Notes under the pieces: model-generated
Database searches by the model: none
The model's input: only the letters and a program-made list of their open reading frames with translations
Told to the model about the DNA's origin: nothing
Shown: piece after piece, positions 39,852 to 52,857 of the stretch
How the letters are laid out: each line of letters starts with the position of its first letter
Numbering within the stretch: the first letter of the stretch is position 1
Assembly: GCF_036321535.1 (NCBI RefSeq)
Contig: NC_087437.1
Location: 68,512,001-68,576,000 of the forward strand
DNA length: 64,000 nt
From: Camelus dromedarius
Lineage: Eukaryota
Direction: 5' to 3'
Position numbers and translations under genes: made by a program

Positions 39852-42821
39852 CCCTGTGCATAGATGGGCAGGATTTTGGTTTGAGGTAGCAGAGCCCTGG
39901 AGCCCTGCCCGCTGGTACCACTTGCCCCCAGCCAGGGTCAGTTGGATGCTAAGAAGGAGGAAGTGGTCTAGCCACCTGACAGATGTATTGTTTAGTCAGA
40001 AAAATCTATATTCTTGTTAAAAGATTATTATCCATTTTTCATTATGTGTGTGATCTTTCTAGATCATGTATTTAGAAAAGAAAAAATATAAATTTCTTTT
40101 TTCCACATGTATCAAAAAAGCCCTCTGGCTTGGAAGCCCTCAGATATATACTCTATATGAGAAATGAATCAGGCATTTGAGAAATTTTGAGTCTGAATCT
40201 GTAAATGATGAGTTTGTAAACTCTGACCTCCCTGTTTTAAAAAAAAAAAAAAAAGATAGAAAAAAAAACTATTTAAAACCCACTACTCGCTGATGAAAGT
40301 TTGACAGGTTAAAGCAAAAAAGAAAAAAAGCCCTATTTATACATTTTGTTTTTAAAGTCAGCGGTATTATAAAGCATTAGAGTCAAGGCTGCTTCAACAT
40401 TTTAAACAGCTTTTCTAAAGGAGGTCTTTATGAAGGTGTACTTGCATGTACGAAATTGTTACGGGGAAAAAAGGAAAAATTAAGACAAGCATTTACAGAT
40501 GCCCCAAAGGCTGCTGGAATATACATCTTCATCTGGGCGTTAGTGGATAACAATGCATTCGCAGGCTCCCTTGTTTATTGCTCTCTGTTGGGGAAGGGGT
40601 TTTGTCTTTCTTTTCGATACTACCAACTCTTGGGTAAGGCAACTATCCCTTAGAACATTGTTTTCCTCTACTTGTGGGCAGTCAGTGTCATTGTAATTAA
40701 TGTGTTTGTGAGATATTTTTTATTATCCTGTAGATTATTCTTCAGTAAGTCAATAACATGATGTTTTGATGACTCAAAAAACCCTCCTAAAAAATAATGA
40801 AAAGGAAAGCCAATCTTTAGGGTATCTAGGTCTTCGTGTTTTACAGGGGAGGAAGCTGGGGATGTGTGGGAGACCTTAGGAAGCCTGCCCTCACTGCACA
40901 GTATAAATGGAGCTGAGATATGATCCCCTACCCCCAGTCCTAATATTGCATACTCTTACATACTTGCTATGATTAGTTGCATGTCTGAATAAAGACCTTT
41001 CCAATCAGAACCGTTGAGTTTACATGATTCTGTCATGAGTATCCTCTTCCACATCCCCTCCCCTGCAACAAAACAAAGCAAGGCAAAGCAAAACAAAACA
41101 AAAAAACAAACAAACAAAAAACCCAAAATGAGGAAAATAAATGTCTAGTCAATAAAAACTCTTTCTTCACTAATAGGTTATTTAAGAGAGCTATTTGAAA
41201 GTGAAGACTGATATGCAAAGGTAACAGACACACAGTCACACTTCTCAGAAGGCAGAAACTGATAAATTGTGATTCTTCAGCTTTCTTCTCTCTAGGAGGT
41301 CAGCCCCTCCCCATCCTATAAGCCTTTTTATTAACGTAGCCATGAAAACAAAGTTCTGTTCCTTTCTCCCAGAATGGCTTAGACTTTCTCTATAAGGCTT
41401 GGTAGTGGTACCACCAATGCTCATTTCCCATTGTATTTTCAGGTTAAATATAAGTACATTGGTAAAATTTACAGTAGAAGGCAGGGGTGCTTTGCATTAA
41501 GAACACTTCCTATATAGGAAAAAAATAATAATTCCAAGAAAGAACCAAAGGCTGTATAGATCATAGACATGGAACTGACCTTAACAATCCGTCTACTGAG
41601 TTTGCCTGTAATTCCCTTTTCGACAATTGAAGAGTTAGAAATAAGGCTGTGATTTGGCCGAGATTACAGAAACAATACAAATAAGATAAGGAATGACTAC
41701 TGGAGAATTCTTTAAGAATCGTTGTTCTTTATCCAAAACTCTGCTCTTTCGGCCAGTCTTTTCCGTCCAGGCAACGTGACTGATCTCCGCAGGGTGGGCT
41801 GGTTGCTCTCCTTTGTTCTCACAGTCCCCAGTGCTTGTTCCATGCTCCCACTTAGAGTGTGATACCGACATTTGGTATTAATGCATCTCTCTCTGACTAA
41901 ACTCGATGATTTTTGATGGCAGGAGTCAAGTTACATTAATCTGTATATGCGCAGAACCTTGTTCAATGACTGCAATGAAACTGATTCTTAGTAAAAGTTA
42001 TGGAATTAGATGGGACCCTTTTAAACAGCCGAATCTCACCGTGCGTTTACCTGTGATTTGATATATCCAAAAAATATTTACTCATAACTTTCAGGAATAC
42101 ATTATGTAAAGTGAAGGATAGCATTAATGTTTTTCTATTAGCGGCTGAAACTTGGCAAGCTTGAGGTGTAAGACATTAATTCATTTTGTGCAAAATAAGC
42201 ACTTCGAATACCATGGCTTTACTTTCAACAGTTTTATAGGGAATAACCTAATGACTGAGCATCTGTGATGAGCCTCCCTAAAGCCAGGAAGACGATAAAT
42301 GATAACTAATCTTTACCAGGACACCCTGAATTTCTCAAGAGTTACAAAAAATCATTGTGAAACCTTCTGGTTTTCTTTAGAATACCTACCATCTGAAGCC
42401 AAGAATAGCATGCCACCAGTACTGGTTAATTGAGGGTACAGCTACCGAGATGGCTGTGTACAGTTAACCAGGAAAATAGTCTCAAATCTCTGATTTTCTC
42501 CTACATGGTTCTCACTGGTCCCTAACTCCTCTCTTTAGGGGAAAAACATTTTCCTCTATAAGAGCTTCAGCATATTTCAGAGAAGATAGGACTCCTTTTC
42601 CATCCCTCTTCATGTCCTTTATTTTCTGTGAAAGTCCATCCAAGTCAGCTGACAGAGCTGCCCCTCATGCTGACACAGATCACATCCCCTCAAGTCAGCA
42701 CCACATGGACAGTGGGAAGTTAATTCCTGGCACCTCTTCAGCATCAGGTGTGTGTAAAGATGCCTGGACTTGTTTCAGGAAGGACAGCTCATATCAGTTA
42801 TCTTTTTGTTCTGTTTTGATG

Positions 42822-43180
42822 TTTTTTTTTTAATTGAAGTATAGTTGATTGATAATGTTACATTAATTTCTGGTGTACAACATAGTGATTCGGTTATATG
42901 CATATATATATATTCCTTTTCATATTCTTTTGCATTATAGGCTATTACAAGATATTGAATATAGTTCCCTGTGCTGTACAGTAGGGCCTTGTTGTTTATC
43001 TAATTTATGTATAGCAGTTAGTATCTGCAAATCCAGAACTCCCAATTTATCCCTCCCCCTTTCCCCTTTGGTAACCATAAGTTTGTTTTCTATGTCTGTG
43101 AGTCTGTCTCTGTTTTGTAAATATGTTCATTTGCATCTTTTCTTTTTTAGATTTCACATACAAGGCATATTATATGGTCT
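42822..43180 (-). mobile_element. L1 3' fragment (artiodactyl type)
   Basis: Poly-T AATTGAAGTATAGTTGATT..ACAAGATATTGAATATAGTTCCCTGTGCTGTACAGTAGG..GGTAACCATAAGTTTG. Confidence 0.92.
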
Positions 43181-46100
43181 TTTTATACCTATTCATATTT
43201 ATATTAAAAAAAAGGACACTCATTTATACCACTCGTAGCCTAAATAGCTTCCTATTGTATCGCATCTCCTGTAAAAACATCTGAGGATTCTGAGATGCAG
43301 TGAATGTAGCTCTTTTACATTTCACTGTACTGGAGACAAGAATGTGCTTCTTTAAGATAGAATCCTAAACTGCTTGAGAATTGGAGCCATGTCATTATTT
43401 CTCTCTTTCTATAGCTCCTTACATGGTATTAAGGATGTACGTTGTTCAAAATAAATATTTGCTCCATGATGAAGGATCAGATTGGTTATTACAGACAGAA
43501 AGCCACAGTGTGAGGTTCTCCCACTCACAGTTCTCTTTCATTGATTAATCTTAATTTCTAGATTTGCTCCTTGGACACATGCATGGTCATACTCCCCTCT
43601 ATTCTCGGGTGGCCTTAACTTGCCTGCCAAGTTGCTGATCACACACTCTGCAGGACACCACACAGCCTCTGAATGTGATGGCTCCAGGGCTGAGATGAAG
43701 CCCAGGAGAAGGCACAGATATGCCAGTCAGATAGCTTTGAAAACTCTGATTTCCCTACGAATTGTGATTCTTAGCTGAGGTGTTCTTTAGAATTCTTGGT
43801 ATCTTCTCCTTGGTATTTCAGAAACAGTGGAATCTACAGAAGACACTGGATTGGGAATTGGGAGCTCAGGGTTTTATTTTTGTTTTTGCTTTCGTATTAT
43901 CATTGCAACTCAGTGAAGACCTTGAATATTCCACTTTGTGATTTGGAGGAAAATTATATAATGTTTTTAAGTCCTTAATTCCATATATACAGAAAAGCTA
44001 AACTTGTATGATAATATGGCTTATAATTATATGGAGTTAGGGCACTCCATAGGCCAATTCATATAACTAAATATTGTTAAGAACCCGAAAGAACAGTGAA
44101 TATCGTTAGTTCTCCAGTGCTTGAAACACAAGAACCCATTTTGCAAAGTTTCAGATATTCTACCACTGAAGAACTCATGGCTTGGTAAATACTTCTCAAA
44201 TCCCAAGTCACCACTTAAAATAATGAAATAGACAATATCTGTCATTAATGTCTCTTCTCCTTTTTGGATATCTTATTAAGGATCGTGGAAACTGTTTTAC
44301 CTTGATTCTTTCTCCAGAATCACACAGCAACATTACTCCTTCTGCATGACGACTTCACATGTTAATGGCTTCAGGTATTGGCCTATTCATTGACATTTGA
44401 AGAGGACCTTTATGGAAACTCATCATAATTATACCCAGGGACAACTCTAGCCTCAAAAGTTTCAGGCTAGTGGGCCACCCTTTGGGTACTGAGAAGATGC
44501 AGAGACTCTTCACTTATTCCTCAAATAGAAAACAAAATTGTCAGTCAACCATCAGCGGCATGTCCTTTTCTCCCTGACCCTGTGACTCCAGCAGTTCTGA
44601 GCCTGACTCTGCTAGAAGAAAGGTAAATAAATCAAGGATTGACAACATATGAGGAACAATGATATTAAAAAAAACAATTGCTGATTTGACTTAAACATAC
44701 ACATTGCTTGAGGGAAAAAAAAACAAAACAATTTATTCTTTCACAAGTGACTTACAGCTGATTCCTATACTCAGCTATGTGTCTTAGTCTAAATCTAGTG
44801 TAAATCACTCCATGATAGAAATATTTTCTTTCCTTCCTCCATCTATTCACACCTGGTTGTGAAATACTTCCCAGATGAGTGTCCATCCATCTTCATCCCA
44901 GCAGGGTGCCTGCACTTTAGAAGTGCTGCGAGATTTGTTCTACTTTGACAAAGGCTTCAAGACAAAACTCAACCATGCTCGTGGTAGCTTACACATGGTA
45001 AGGGACCTCACATGAAGAGAGATGCCCTCTGGCAGCAGTTACTGTAGGATGTTCAGTGAAACAGTCTCTGAAGAGATAAAGTAAACCAGACCACTTTGGA
45101 GAGAAATCTGTGACACCTTAAAAGTGCAGCCCAGCCCAGTGTTTACCCCGCCCCCTACTGTCTTCTGCTTCCCTGTTCCTTTCTTCTTTCCTTCCTCCCT
45201 CCCTGCCTCCCTTCCTCTGTTTCTTTCGGGTCCATCCTTTCCCTGGCTTGCCCCCCATCCCTTTACTCTTCCACATGCCAAGACCAGCTCTGCTCTTTGT
45301 GGATCTTTTCTTCATCCATTCTTCAGATGACCTGCTTGCTCTTTGCACACCTGCCCTTTCTGGGGCAGTTGAATGCAGAGAAATGGAGACATTATGCTTG
45401 CTACATTAAGGTCAGAAACTGTTAGCAGAAGAGGATCCTGGATACTGGTGATTTGCCTTTAAGACACAGCTCAAATGACTCTTCATCAGGCTTACTCGGA
45501 CCCTTCTCTGTACTTCTATCGCTCTGAATCATCCTTCCAGAGTGGAACTGGTACTGTAGTTATAAACATGTTGATTCTTCCCCCTTTAGACTCCTCTCTT
45601 CAAGGTAGGGCCGTGACCTTTGAATATTGAATACTTAGCATGATACCAAATACGTGGTAGGTGCTCAAAATGTATACCTCACGTTACCTTGGCCTTCACA
45701 TCATTAGCGATCACCCAGCTTTTTGCGTTCATTCTTTCCATAACCCAGAGCCAAGGGCTATAAAAGATTAGGAGAATTTGACTGTCTGCTGGGATGTCAG
45801 GGACCAGGTCAGTCTTCTTTCTTCTCTGTAGGTTTGGAATACAAAAATTAGTGGGGCTGAAATGCTTTTAAAAGGACAGGTAGGTAGAGTCAGATAAAAC
45901 AGAAAATACCACATCCTGCCAAATTCCAAATGGCAAATGATGTATTTTTTTTGTTTTTAAAAAAATAAAAACTCTGATCATTCTTTCTACCTTATGGTTT
46001 ATTTGCTCTGCCTTCCCTTGCTGTCTCTGACCAGAAGTGTGTTCTGTCAAATAGGCAGTGTGGGGCCAGTTTTTCCCAGCATATATATAAAGTCTTGGTG

Positions 46101-46284
46101 GCATCTGTTGTAGGGAGTTTATCTTCACTTATTATCAGGCAAACAAGAGGGAAAAAACAAGACCTATTGACTATTTCCATCTGCAGGACAGAGAAAATGA
46201 ACACTGAATAATGAATTCTATTCTGGACTTTATTCCATTACCACCTTCTGCCAATTATGTGGTGGGAGAAAGGCTGATGTGTCA

Positions 46285-46445
46285 TAGAACCTTACAGATT
46301 TCTGAGCTAGAAGGCACCTGAGACATCAGCCAGCACAATTCCCTGACTTTATAAATGAGGAAGCTGAGGTTAGGAGAGGTTAAGTCACACATATAAGAGG
46401 GTAGGACATGGCAGAGCGGGGCTAGACTCCAGTTCTCCTAACTTC
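46285..46445 (-). mobile_element. MIR (MIR3-like) remnant
   Basis: GAGCTAGAAGGCACCTGAGACATC..TTTATAAATGAGGAAGCTGAGG..GAGGTTAAGT..GGCAGAGC. Confidence 0.75.
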
Positions 46446-46879
46446 CAGACCTCCCTGTCCGCACCTCTACATTGCGGGGAAGCACTGACTTCAGCCTCAC
46501 TCCTCTCTCCCTGCACAGCACTGCCCTTTGCCCCCTGCATGTCTCCTCATCATTCAGGGACTTACGGCCCCCATGACCCTCTCCCTTCATCTCAGCTGAC
46601 AAGACATCTTTAAGAAATAAAAGCAATATCTGCACCAAGTTAGAAATCCAAAAAACAAAGAAAGATAAGCTATTACTTACCAGCCTCCATCTCCCGTAGT
46701 CACTCTCCCTAGTGCGAGTTGTTGTTAACAGATGTCATCTTCACTGTCGGTAAAATAGAAAAAGCTTTACACATAAACCAGGGTATCTATTTAGACGGAT
46801 GGATGATGAATAGATGGACCGAAAGACAGACAGAAAGACAGATAAATAGTAGATACATTTTGACAAATGAGCTCAGCCA

Positions 46880-47150
46880 TTACAAGTATGTTTTCCACTT
46901 AATAATATAACAGATTTTTCAAAATCATCATATATCTCTCATTTTTAAAATAGCTGCATAATGTTCAACTTTATAGATGACAAATAATTTATTTAAATAG
47001 CTCCTAAGTTTTTTCCAGGTTTTAATATTACAGGTAGAATAATCATGTTTATATGTATATATCTGTACACACACTTGTAAGTTCTCACAGGTCGGTGGCA
47101 AAAATTAAATAAGATTATAAGCATCTGGTTCAAAATGGCTACTTCGGATT
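46880..47150 (-). mobile_element. Old L1 (L1ME-like) 3' remnant
   Basis: TTTTCCACTTAATAATAT..CTCATTTTTAAAATAGCTGCATAAT..AATTTATTTAA..TTTCCAG. Confidence 0.55.
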
Positions 47151-47250
47151 TATATGGAACACTTGGCAGAGAAGCCCAACCACTCATGCACTAGGGAATA
47201 GAGAATGGTCCTCCATCTCTGTGAATTTCATCTCCACCTAAGCAGGCCTC

Positions 47251-47293
47251 CACTGTGCAGAGGTCAGTGTAGACAGCTGACCTCTGCACAGTG
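47251..47293. repeat. Perfect inverted repeat, 17-bp arms with 9-nt spacer
   Basis: CACTGTGCAGAGGTCAG (47251-47267) is the exact reverse complement of CTGACCTCTGCACAGTG (47277-47293). Confidence 0.95.
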
Positions 47294-47390
47294 ATGAGGT
47301 CGGACCAACCAAACCAGGCTCCCAGTGGGAAAACAGGTAACATTTCTGAAAGATACCAAAATGGAGGCTGCGGGAACTGTCATCCGTTTG

Positions 47391-47401
47391 CTTTATAAAA
47401 G
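47391..47401. promoter_or_regulatory. Candidate TATA box readable on both strands
   Basis: CTTTATAAAAG gives TATAAAAG on + and TATAAAG on -; lies in unique, locally CpG-richer sequence. Confidence 0.3.
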
Positions 47402-47752
47402 GAGGCAGGATCTCCTCACTCTTCTTTTACGAGCTTATTAGTTACTAGTGCAGCACCAGCAAGCTAAGAGCAGCAGCCAAAATCTGATCAATAATGTATC
47501 TGTCTGTATCCGAATCAAAGGCACCGTGGTAAGGAAGGGAAAACACAGAGTACCTTAAATCACAATGCACACCAGCGGGAGCCAGACAGCTGAGAGGGGC
47601 CGGGGATAGAACACAGAGAAGAGAGAAACTGAGCAGGGGGTGGGAGCTGGGGAGAAAGACCCGATTGTTAAAAACAATACAGTTCTTATTTTGAAAAGTT
47701 GAAGCTTTGTAGGACAAAGGAGGCTCAGAACGTTGGGATATCAGAATCACAA

Positions 47753-47756
<4 letters not shown>

Positions 47757-47783
<27 letters not shown>
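47757..47783. repeat. (TA)n microsatellite
   Basis: Seen directly. Confidence 0.95.
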
Positions 47784-47784
<1 letters not shown>

Positions 47785-48764
47785 TTCTGCTTCAGAAGTA
47801 TGGGGTCAAATGAAGCAAAGGTCCTGGGAAGGTTTTTGGATAATTCAAACAGAATTTCTGAATCACCTGGGATTTTCCAAGGTCTCTTTAGCCTCCTTTT
47901 TCTAGAGAACTCATCAAGCCTCTAACGGAGAGTCGAAGATTCAGAGTTCACATGCTGAGTCCCATCATTTGAACCCCTGAACCATGCAGGATGTCTCCTA
48001 AGCACTGCATTTTGAGCCACACATCTACTGTTTTTCCGTCCAAAAAAAAAAAAGAAAAAAGAAATAGAAGTGTACGAGAACTGGGAGGAATCTCACAGAT
48101 CATTTAGCCCACACCTCCGGTTTAGTAGACGAAGCACCTGAGGCTTCAGCAGTAGCTACTGTAACTGACATCACGTAATCAGGACAAGCTCTCGGACCTC
48201 TTTCATTACTGCCTCAGTCATCTTCCTGCTGCTCTGCCACCAGGAGATGAATTCAGCATTTCTGTTTTTGTTTACGAAAGAAAATACACCAGCCAACCAA
48301 TGTTTCATTGTTGCTGGCAGAAAAGATGCAGTTATATCTTCCTACAAGTGGATTAACATTCAGTAAAGAAAACAAGGAACTGAGATCTCTTAAGATGTGA
48401 TTACTTAGATGTGCTTTTTCTTACTCCGCATACATACTTATTCACTCCATACAGTGGTGGAGTCTTTGTTTCAGAAAATAGGCTTTACTTGACAAAAAGA
48501 GGTACATGTGCATGCTCAGAAGGGCGTGGGAGAGTAGGATGAAGAGAGAAAGAGATTGCTTATTCTAGAGTCAAATGTAATTTTTTTTCTATATCATAAA
48601 CAGTTTTAATCTTTTAGCATGAGCCTGAGCTTCTATAGCTAGGCTTAACATTTTCATATACAACCAAATGTGTATGTATTTATGTAGTTTGCTTATTTAT
48701 TCTCCATCTCCTATTGGAATATAAGACCAACAGGGCAGATAGCAAGACAGTTCTTCATGCAAAG

Positions 48765-49045
48765 TTTCGTTAAGGTTGCACTAGCTGCTGTAACAAGTTT
48801 ATTTCGAGCTCCCCTCAAGTCTAAAACCAGTGTTCTCCTCTGAGTGGTGATTCTGCCTGCTCCTTCTGTGTGGTCCCACTGTGGTCAATGTAGTTCCCAG
48901 GGTCACTGTGGTAGGTGAAAGTCCATGGAGAATCATGCATGGCAGGGGCACAAGTAACATTTTCTTTTATATTCTGTTGGCTAGGACTCAGTCACATATC
49001 CAAACCTCACTCCAAAGAAGTCTAGAAAACATAGTCTAGTTGTGA
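48765..49045 (-). mobile_element. Old MaLR LTR (MLT1J-like)
   Basis: TAGCTGCTGTAACAA..ATTCTGTTGGCTAGGACTCAGTCACAT..CCAAAGAAGTCTAGAAAACATAGTCT. Confidence 0.6.
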
Positions 49046-50344
49046 TAGATACATGATAGATACTCAAAAAATAGCTGCTAAAGGAACTTTTGAATGAGTG
49101 AATTTAGTCTTTTAACTCTCTCAGCAATGCTATAGGTTAAGTAATTAAGCATAAACTACTTACACAAATAGAAATGAGAATTCATTATGAATCCATTTTT
49201 AAAGAGAGTCTTACTCCTTTTCAGCTCATTTGATTTTTCTTTCCTCTCAGCAGTGATCCTTAACTGAAAATAACTTGATTTTCATGAAAATCCGTTTTCA
49301 TAAAAGCAAGACTAATTAGAGCTGTCTGATACCCCTTATTTGTTCCTCCAATTTCTCATAAAAGAGTTGATGTATGAGGAGGGGGAATGAAGACTCTTCT
49401 CACCTCCATGACACGAGCAGATTACTTCACCATCTGTACCCACAGAACATAGATTATCTGCATTTCACATGTAGTTTGGAGTACGACTGTTACTTTGTAT
49501 TTTAAAATACAAGCCATGAAACATACTTGTGTAAGTCAGGTAAGACTCTATCCTAGTATCTGAAAATCCATAGCAGGTCGTTGGACACACTCCCCTGATT
49601 CTTGACCAACCTCATCTGTAGGAGTTTCTCCAGTTTTTCCACCCATGCTCTCTGACCACACGTCAAACCCAATCTTTTGCTTTTTGTCTTCAACCATGCC
49701 AAGAGAACAGCAGGCCCATGTCCCAGAATAACACCTGTGTAGTACAACAGCTGCCATGGGCCTGGCTCCCCGCCTGCGACACCTTCCAGGCTACGGCTGC
49801 TAACTACAGCCTTTGAAACATGGCCCTTGGCAGGCTTTCAGTCTTCCTCCCACCTCGCTCTTAGCAGATCCCATCTCTGCCTCATCAGCAATAGAGTCTC
49901 AGGTCAGCTGGCAGATTACATCTTTTTTTTTTTTTTTTTTAATATAGGCAGTGAGAATAACATAGATATAAACTACTGATTTGGGGTAGTCACAGACTCA
50001 TAGGCTAGTAGAAAGCAGAAACTTGAGTAAGTGACTGAATTTCTCCAAGCTGTAGCGTTCTCATCTGTTCAGTGGAGAGAATGGTTAACTTTCTGCTGAG
50101 TTAGTGTTAGAGAGGATGAGAAATGCCTGCACCCCCAGTGTTTGGTTCTCCTCCCCCCTGATTTCACCCCACACTGCTTCCCTATAGCTCCTTTTACCTC
50201 GTTCCCAGTGGATGGAAATTTTATCTTCCTCCAACTATCAATATATAATTGTTTATGTTTCAATCACCCCATTCTGAAATGAGTTCATTTGAATGCACAC
50301 TCCTTTTGACCACCTTTTCTGTTCAAGCTTTCTTCTTATGCTTC

Positions 50345-50680
50345 TAGAACTGTGCTGAGCAGTAGGGGAACTCTAAACCACATGTTGCTTTTGAGCGTTT
50401 GACATGTGGCTTTCTAAATAAAGATGCGCTCCAAGTCTAAAACACATAGCGGACTTTATAAAAACTTTGTATACAAAAAGTCTATAAAATAGCTTCTGAA
50501 TGTTTTGTGTTGATTATATCTTAAAATAGTAATTCTCCAGATACACTGGATTACATAAAAGATACTAATATATCAGCTTCACCTGTATATTTTTACATTT
50601 TTAAACGTGGCTGTTAGGAAATTTAAGATGAAGCCCTGGCTTGCATGTGTGGTTTGTATTCTGTTGGACAACAACTGTGG
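50345..50680. mobile_element. MER33/MER3-like hAT-Charlie DNA transposon
   Basis: CTGTGCTGAGCAGTAG..CCACATG..TGAGCGTTTGACATGTGGCT..TTCACCTG..TTTTAAACGTGGCT..CTGTTGGACA. Confidence 0.75.
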
Positions 50681-50989
50681 TAGAGACATCTCTGACTCAA
50701 ACTCCACGTTCCAAACTTCTGCAACAGAATCCTCTCCCCTCAGCTCAGTATCCCACCTTACAACTCTGCCCCTTTCAGGCAGATCTGTTCCTTTCTTCTA
50801 CAACACAGATAATAATTAAGACCCTTTTAAAAGCAAGAGGATAGAAATGACATTTAATGTTTCTAAAACATTTATATATTTTTTGTATATGATAAGAAAA
50901 ATTGGTTAAGCAGCCTGACCAGAGCTGCTTAGCTGGATGAGCTGGTCTCTGCATTCTTCTGACCATCCAATGTCTTATAAATAGGATTT

Positions 50990-51195
50990 AGCAGAAAAGG
51001 GGAAAACACTTGATTTTGGATTCACATTATGTACATTCAATTCCTCACTCTGCATTAACTTGAATCTGTAACCCTAGGTAAATCTTGAGCTCTCTGAGTC
51101 AGTTTTCTTAATGATAAGTATGTGTTTGCAAAAATTAGATTATGTAAGGTGTCTGACATAAAATGGGTCTTTAATAAGTGATCAACATTATTATT
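50990..51195 (+). mobile_element. MIR SINE remnant
   Basis: CTGTAACCCTAGGTAAAT..CTCTCTGAGTCAGTTTTCT..TATGTAAGGTG..AATAAGTG. Confidence 0.6.
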
Positions 51196-52397
51196 TCACA
51201 TGACAAATCATACTGCTAAATAATTTACTGGGATGACTAGGATCAGGAGCATGGGTTGGGGCAGGTAATGGGGACATATAAATTCCACCAGCCTTTTGTA
51301 AAACATTTTCAACACCTTTTGTCCCTCAGTGCCATCACTCCTACTTCCATTAGCTTTTTACTAGGAGTCTTACTTTCAATAGATGCTTATTAAAAATATC
51401 TGTAAAGCTTTGAGGATGATACCAAGATATAAACAACATCAAAGATATAATAATTCTAAAAGTTAAAAGAACTTTATCTTATATTTTATTTCAAAAGTTA
51501 TATTTAATCCCAGGAGGCAACTGTTTCCATAGTCTTAAAAAAAAAAAAAAAGATAAAAATTTCCAGCCAACATGGGATTTTTCACATTCTTCTTACTCAG
51601 AGATGTGAATAGGTTGGGATTCTGCAAAATTCATATGGCCGTGGTTCAAGAAACATAGAATAACTTCCAAAAAGCAGGAGGAAAGAAATTCTTTGTTAAT
51701 TTTCTTTGTTTGATTCTTTGTTACTCTAGAGGTGGAAAGATGAGAAAGGTATTATTCTTCAAAGTACCTTAGGATTCATTTTATTAGGCTTTGGAATCTT
51801 TGAATTTAAATATAGTATTTGACTTTTCAAGATTTCTGTACGTATTATTATTCTAGCTGACCCTTGGAAGAGGAAAGTGAGCAGACATAGAAACTAAGGC
51901 AGGACTCTTCAGTGGCTCTAATGAGTCAAGGGAACCTGAGACCTTCTCGGTGATTCTGGATTTGTCATTGCTAAATGAGTTTTTGGGCCACAGCCTCCAT
52001 GAGAGATTTCGGAGCAGGAGATGTCCAGGCTCCCTTAGGTCCCCTCAATTCACCGTCTGTATCCTCACCTTCAGTGCTTCTCTGTCATGATTAACTGAGG
52101 CAAAGGAGGCCCTTGTAAAAGACAATGAGACTGTAAGAACAATAACGCCAAGTCTCTTACTTTGGGCCTAATGTCATCCTGCTGAGATACAAGGGACTTG
52201 ACCCAAGGAAGCCAAAACCCCGGATGTGGCTCTCATCTTGAATTTTTTTTCTTTTAATTACTGCCAAAGCCCTCTGTGGGCCAGTAACATTAACTTCATC
52301 AAGTTGTACATTGGAAGTAGTCAATAAACAGGTTATAGGACAAATAGCACCCACCTGAATGCCTAATGGCTCTTGCAAACAGCAGCTTGTATAGACT

Positions 52398-52572
52398 GTT
52401 TTTAAAAAGTTGAAGCGTAATAGATTTACAGCATTGTGTTAGTTTCTGGTGTCCAGCATAGTGATTCAGTTATACATGTATATATTTTTTTTTCATATTC
52501 TTTTCCATCATAGGTTATTATAAGACATTGAATATAGTTCCCTGTGCTTTACAGTAGGACCTTGTTTATCTG
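52398..52572 (-). mobile_element. L1 3' fragment (artiodactyl type)
   Basis: GATTTACAGCATTGTGTTAGTTTCTGGTG..TAGTGATTCAGTTATACAT..ATAGTTCCCTGTGC. Confidence 0.88.
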
Positions 52573-52744
52573 TCCTTCTTGACATGTGAACCCCTGTCAC
52601 CACAAGGCACCCATTCTTCAAGGCCCAGCTGGAATTTGACTGTTCATGAAGTTTTCACTCTCTTGCTGCACCCTTAGTTAACAGCTCCCTCCCCTATGAA
52701 CTACCATAGTACTTTGCACTTACCTCTTTCACAGAGGCTGTGAT

Positions 52745-52857
52745 TATTTTTTTAATTAGATATTTATTTCTTTATTATTGATGGGGGTACTGGGAATTGA
52801 ACCCAGGACTGTGTGCATGCTAGGCACATACTCTACTACTGAGATACACCCTTCCCA
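52745..52857 (-). mobile_element. tRNA-derived SINE, camelid Vic-1-like, full length with probable target-site duplication
   Basis: Reverse complement reads GGGAAGGGTGTATCTCAGTAGTAGAG..CCTGGGTTCAATTCCCAGTACC plus A-rich tail; flanks CACAGAGGCTGTGATTATTTTT and CACTAAGGCTGTAATTATTTTT. Confidence 0.88.

Noticed and set aside
42873..43238. 121-aa ORF
   Set aside because: Lies in an antisense L1 3' UTR.
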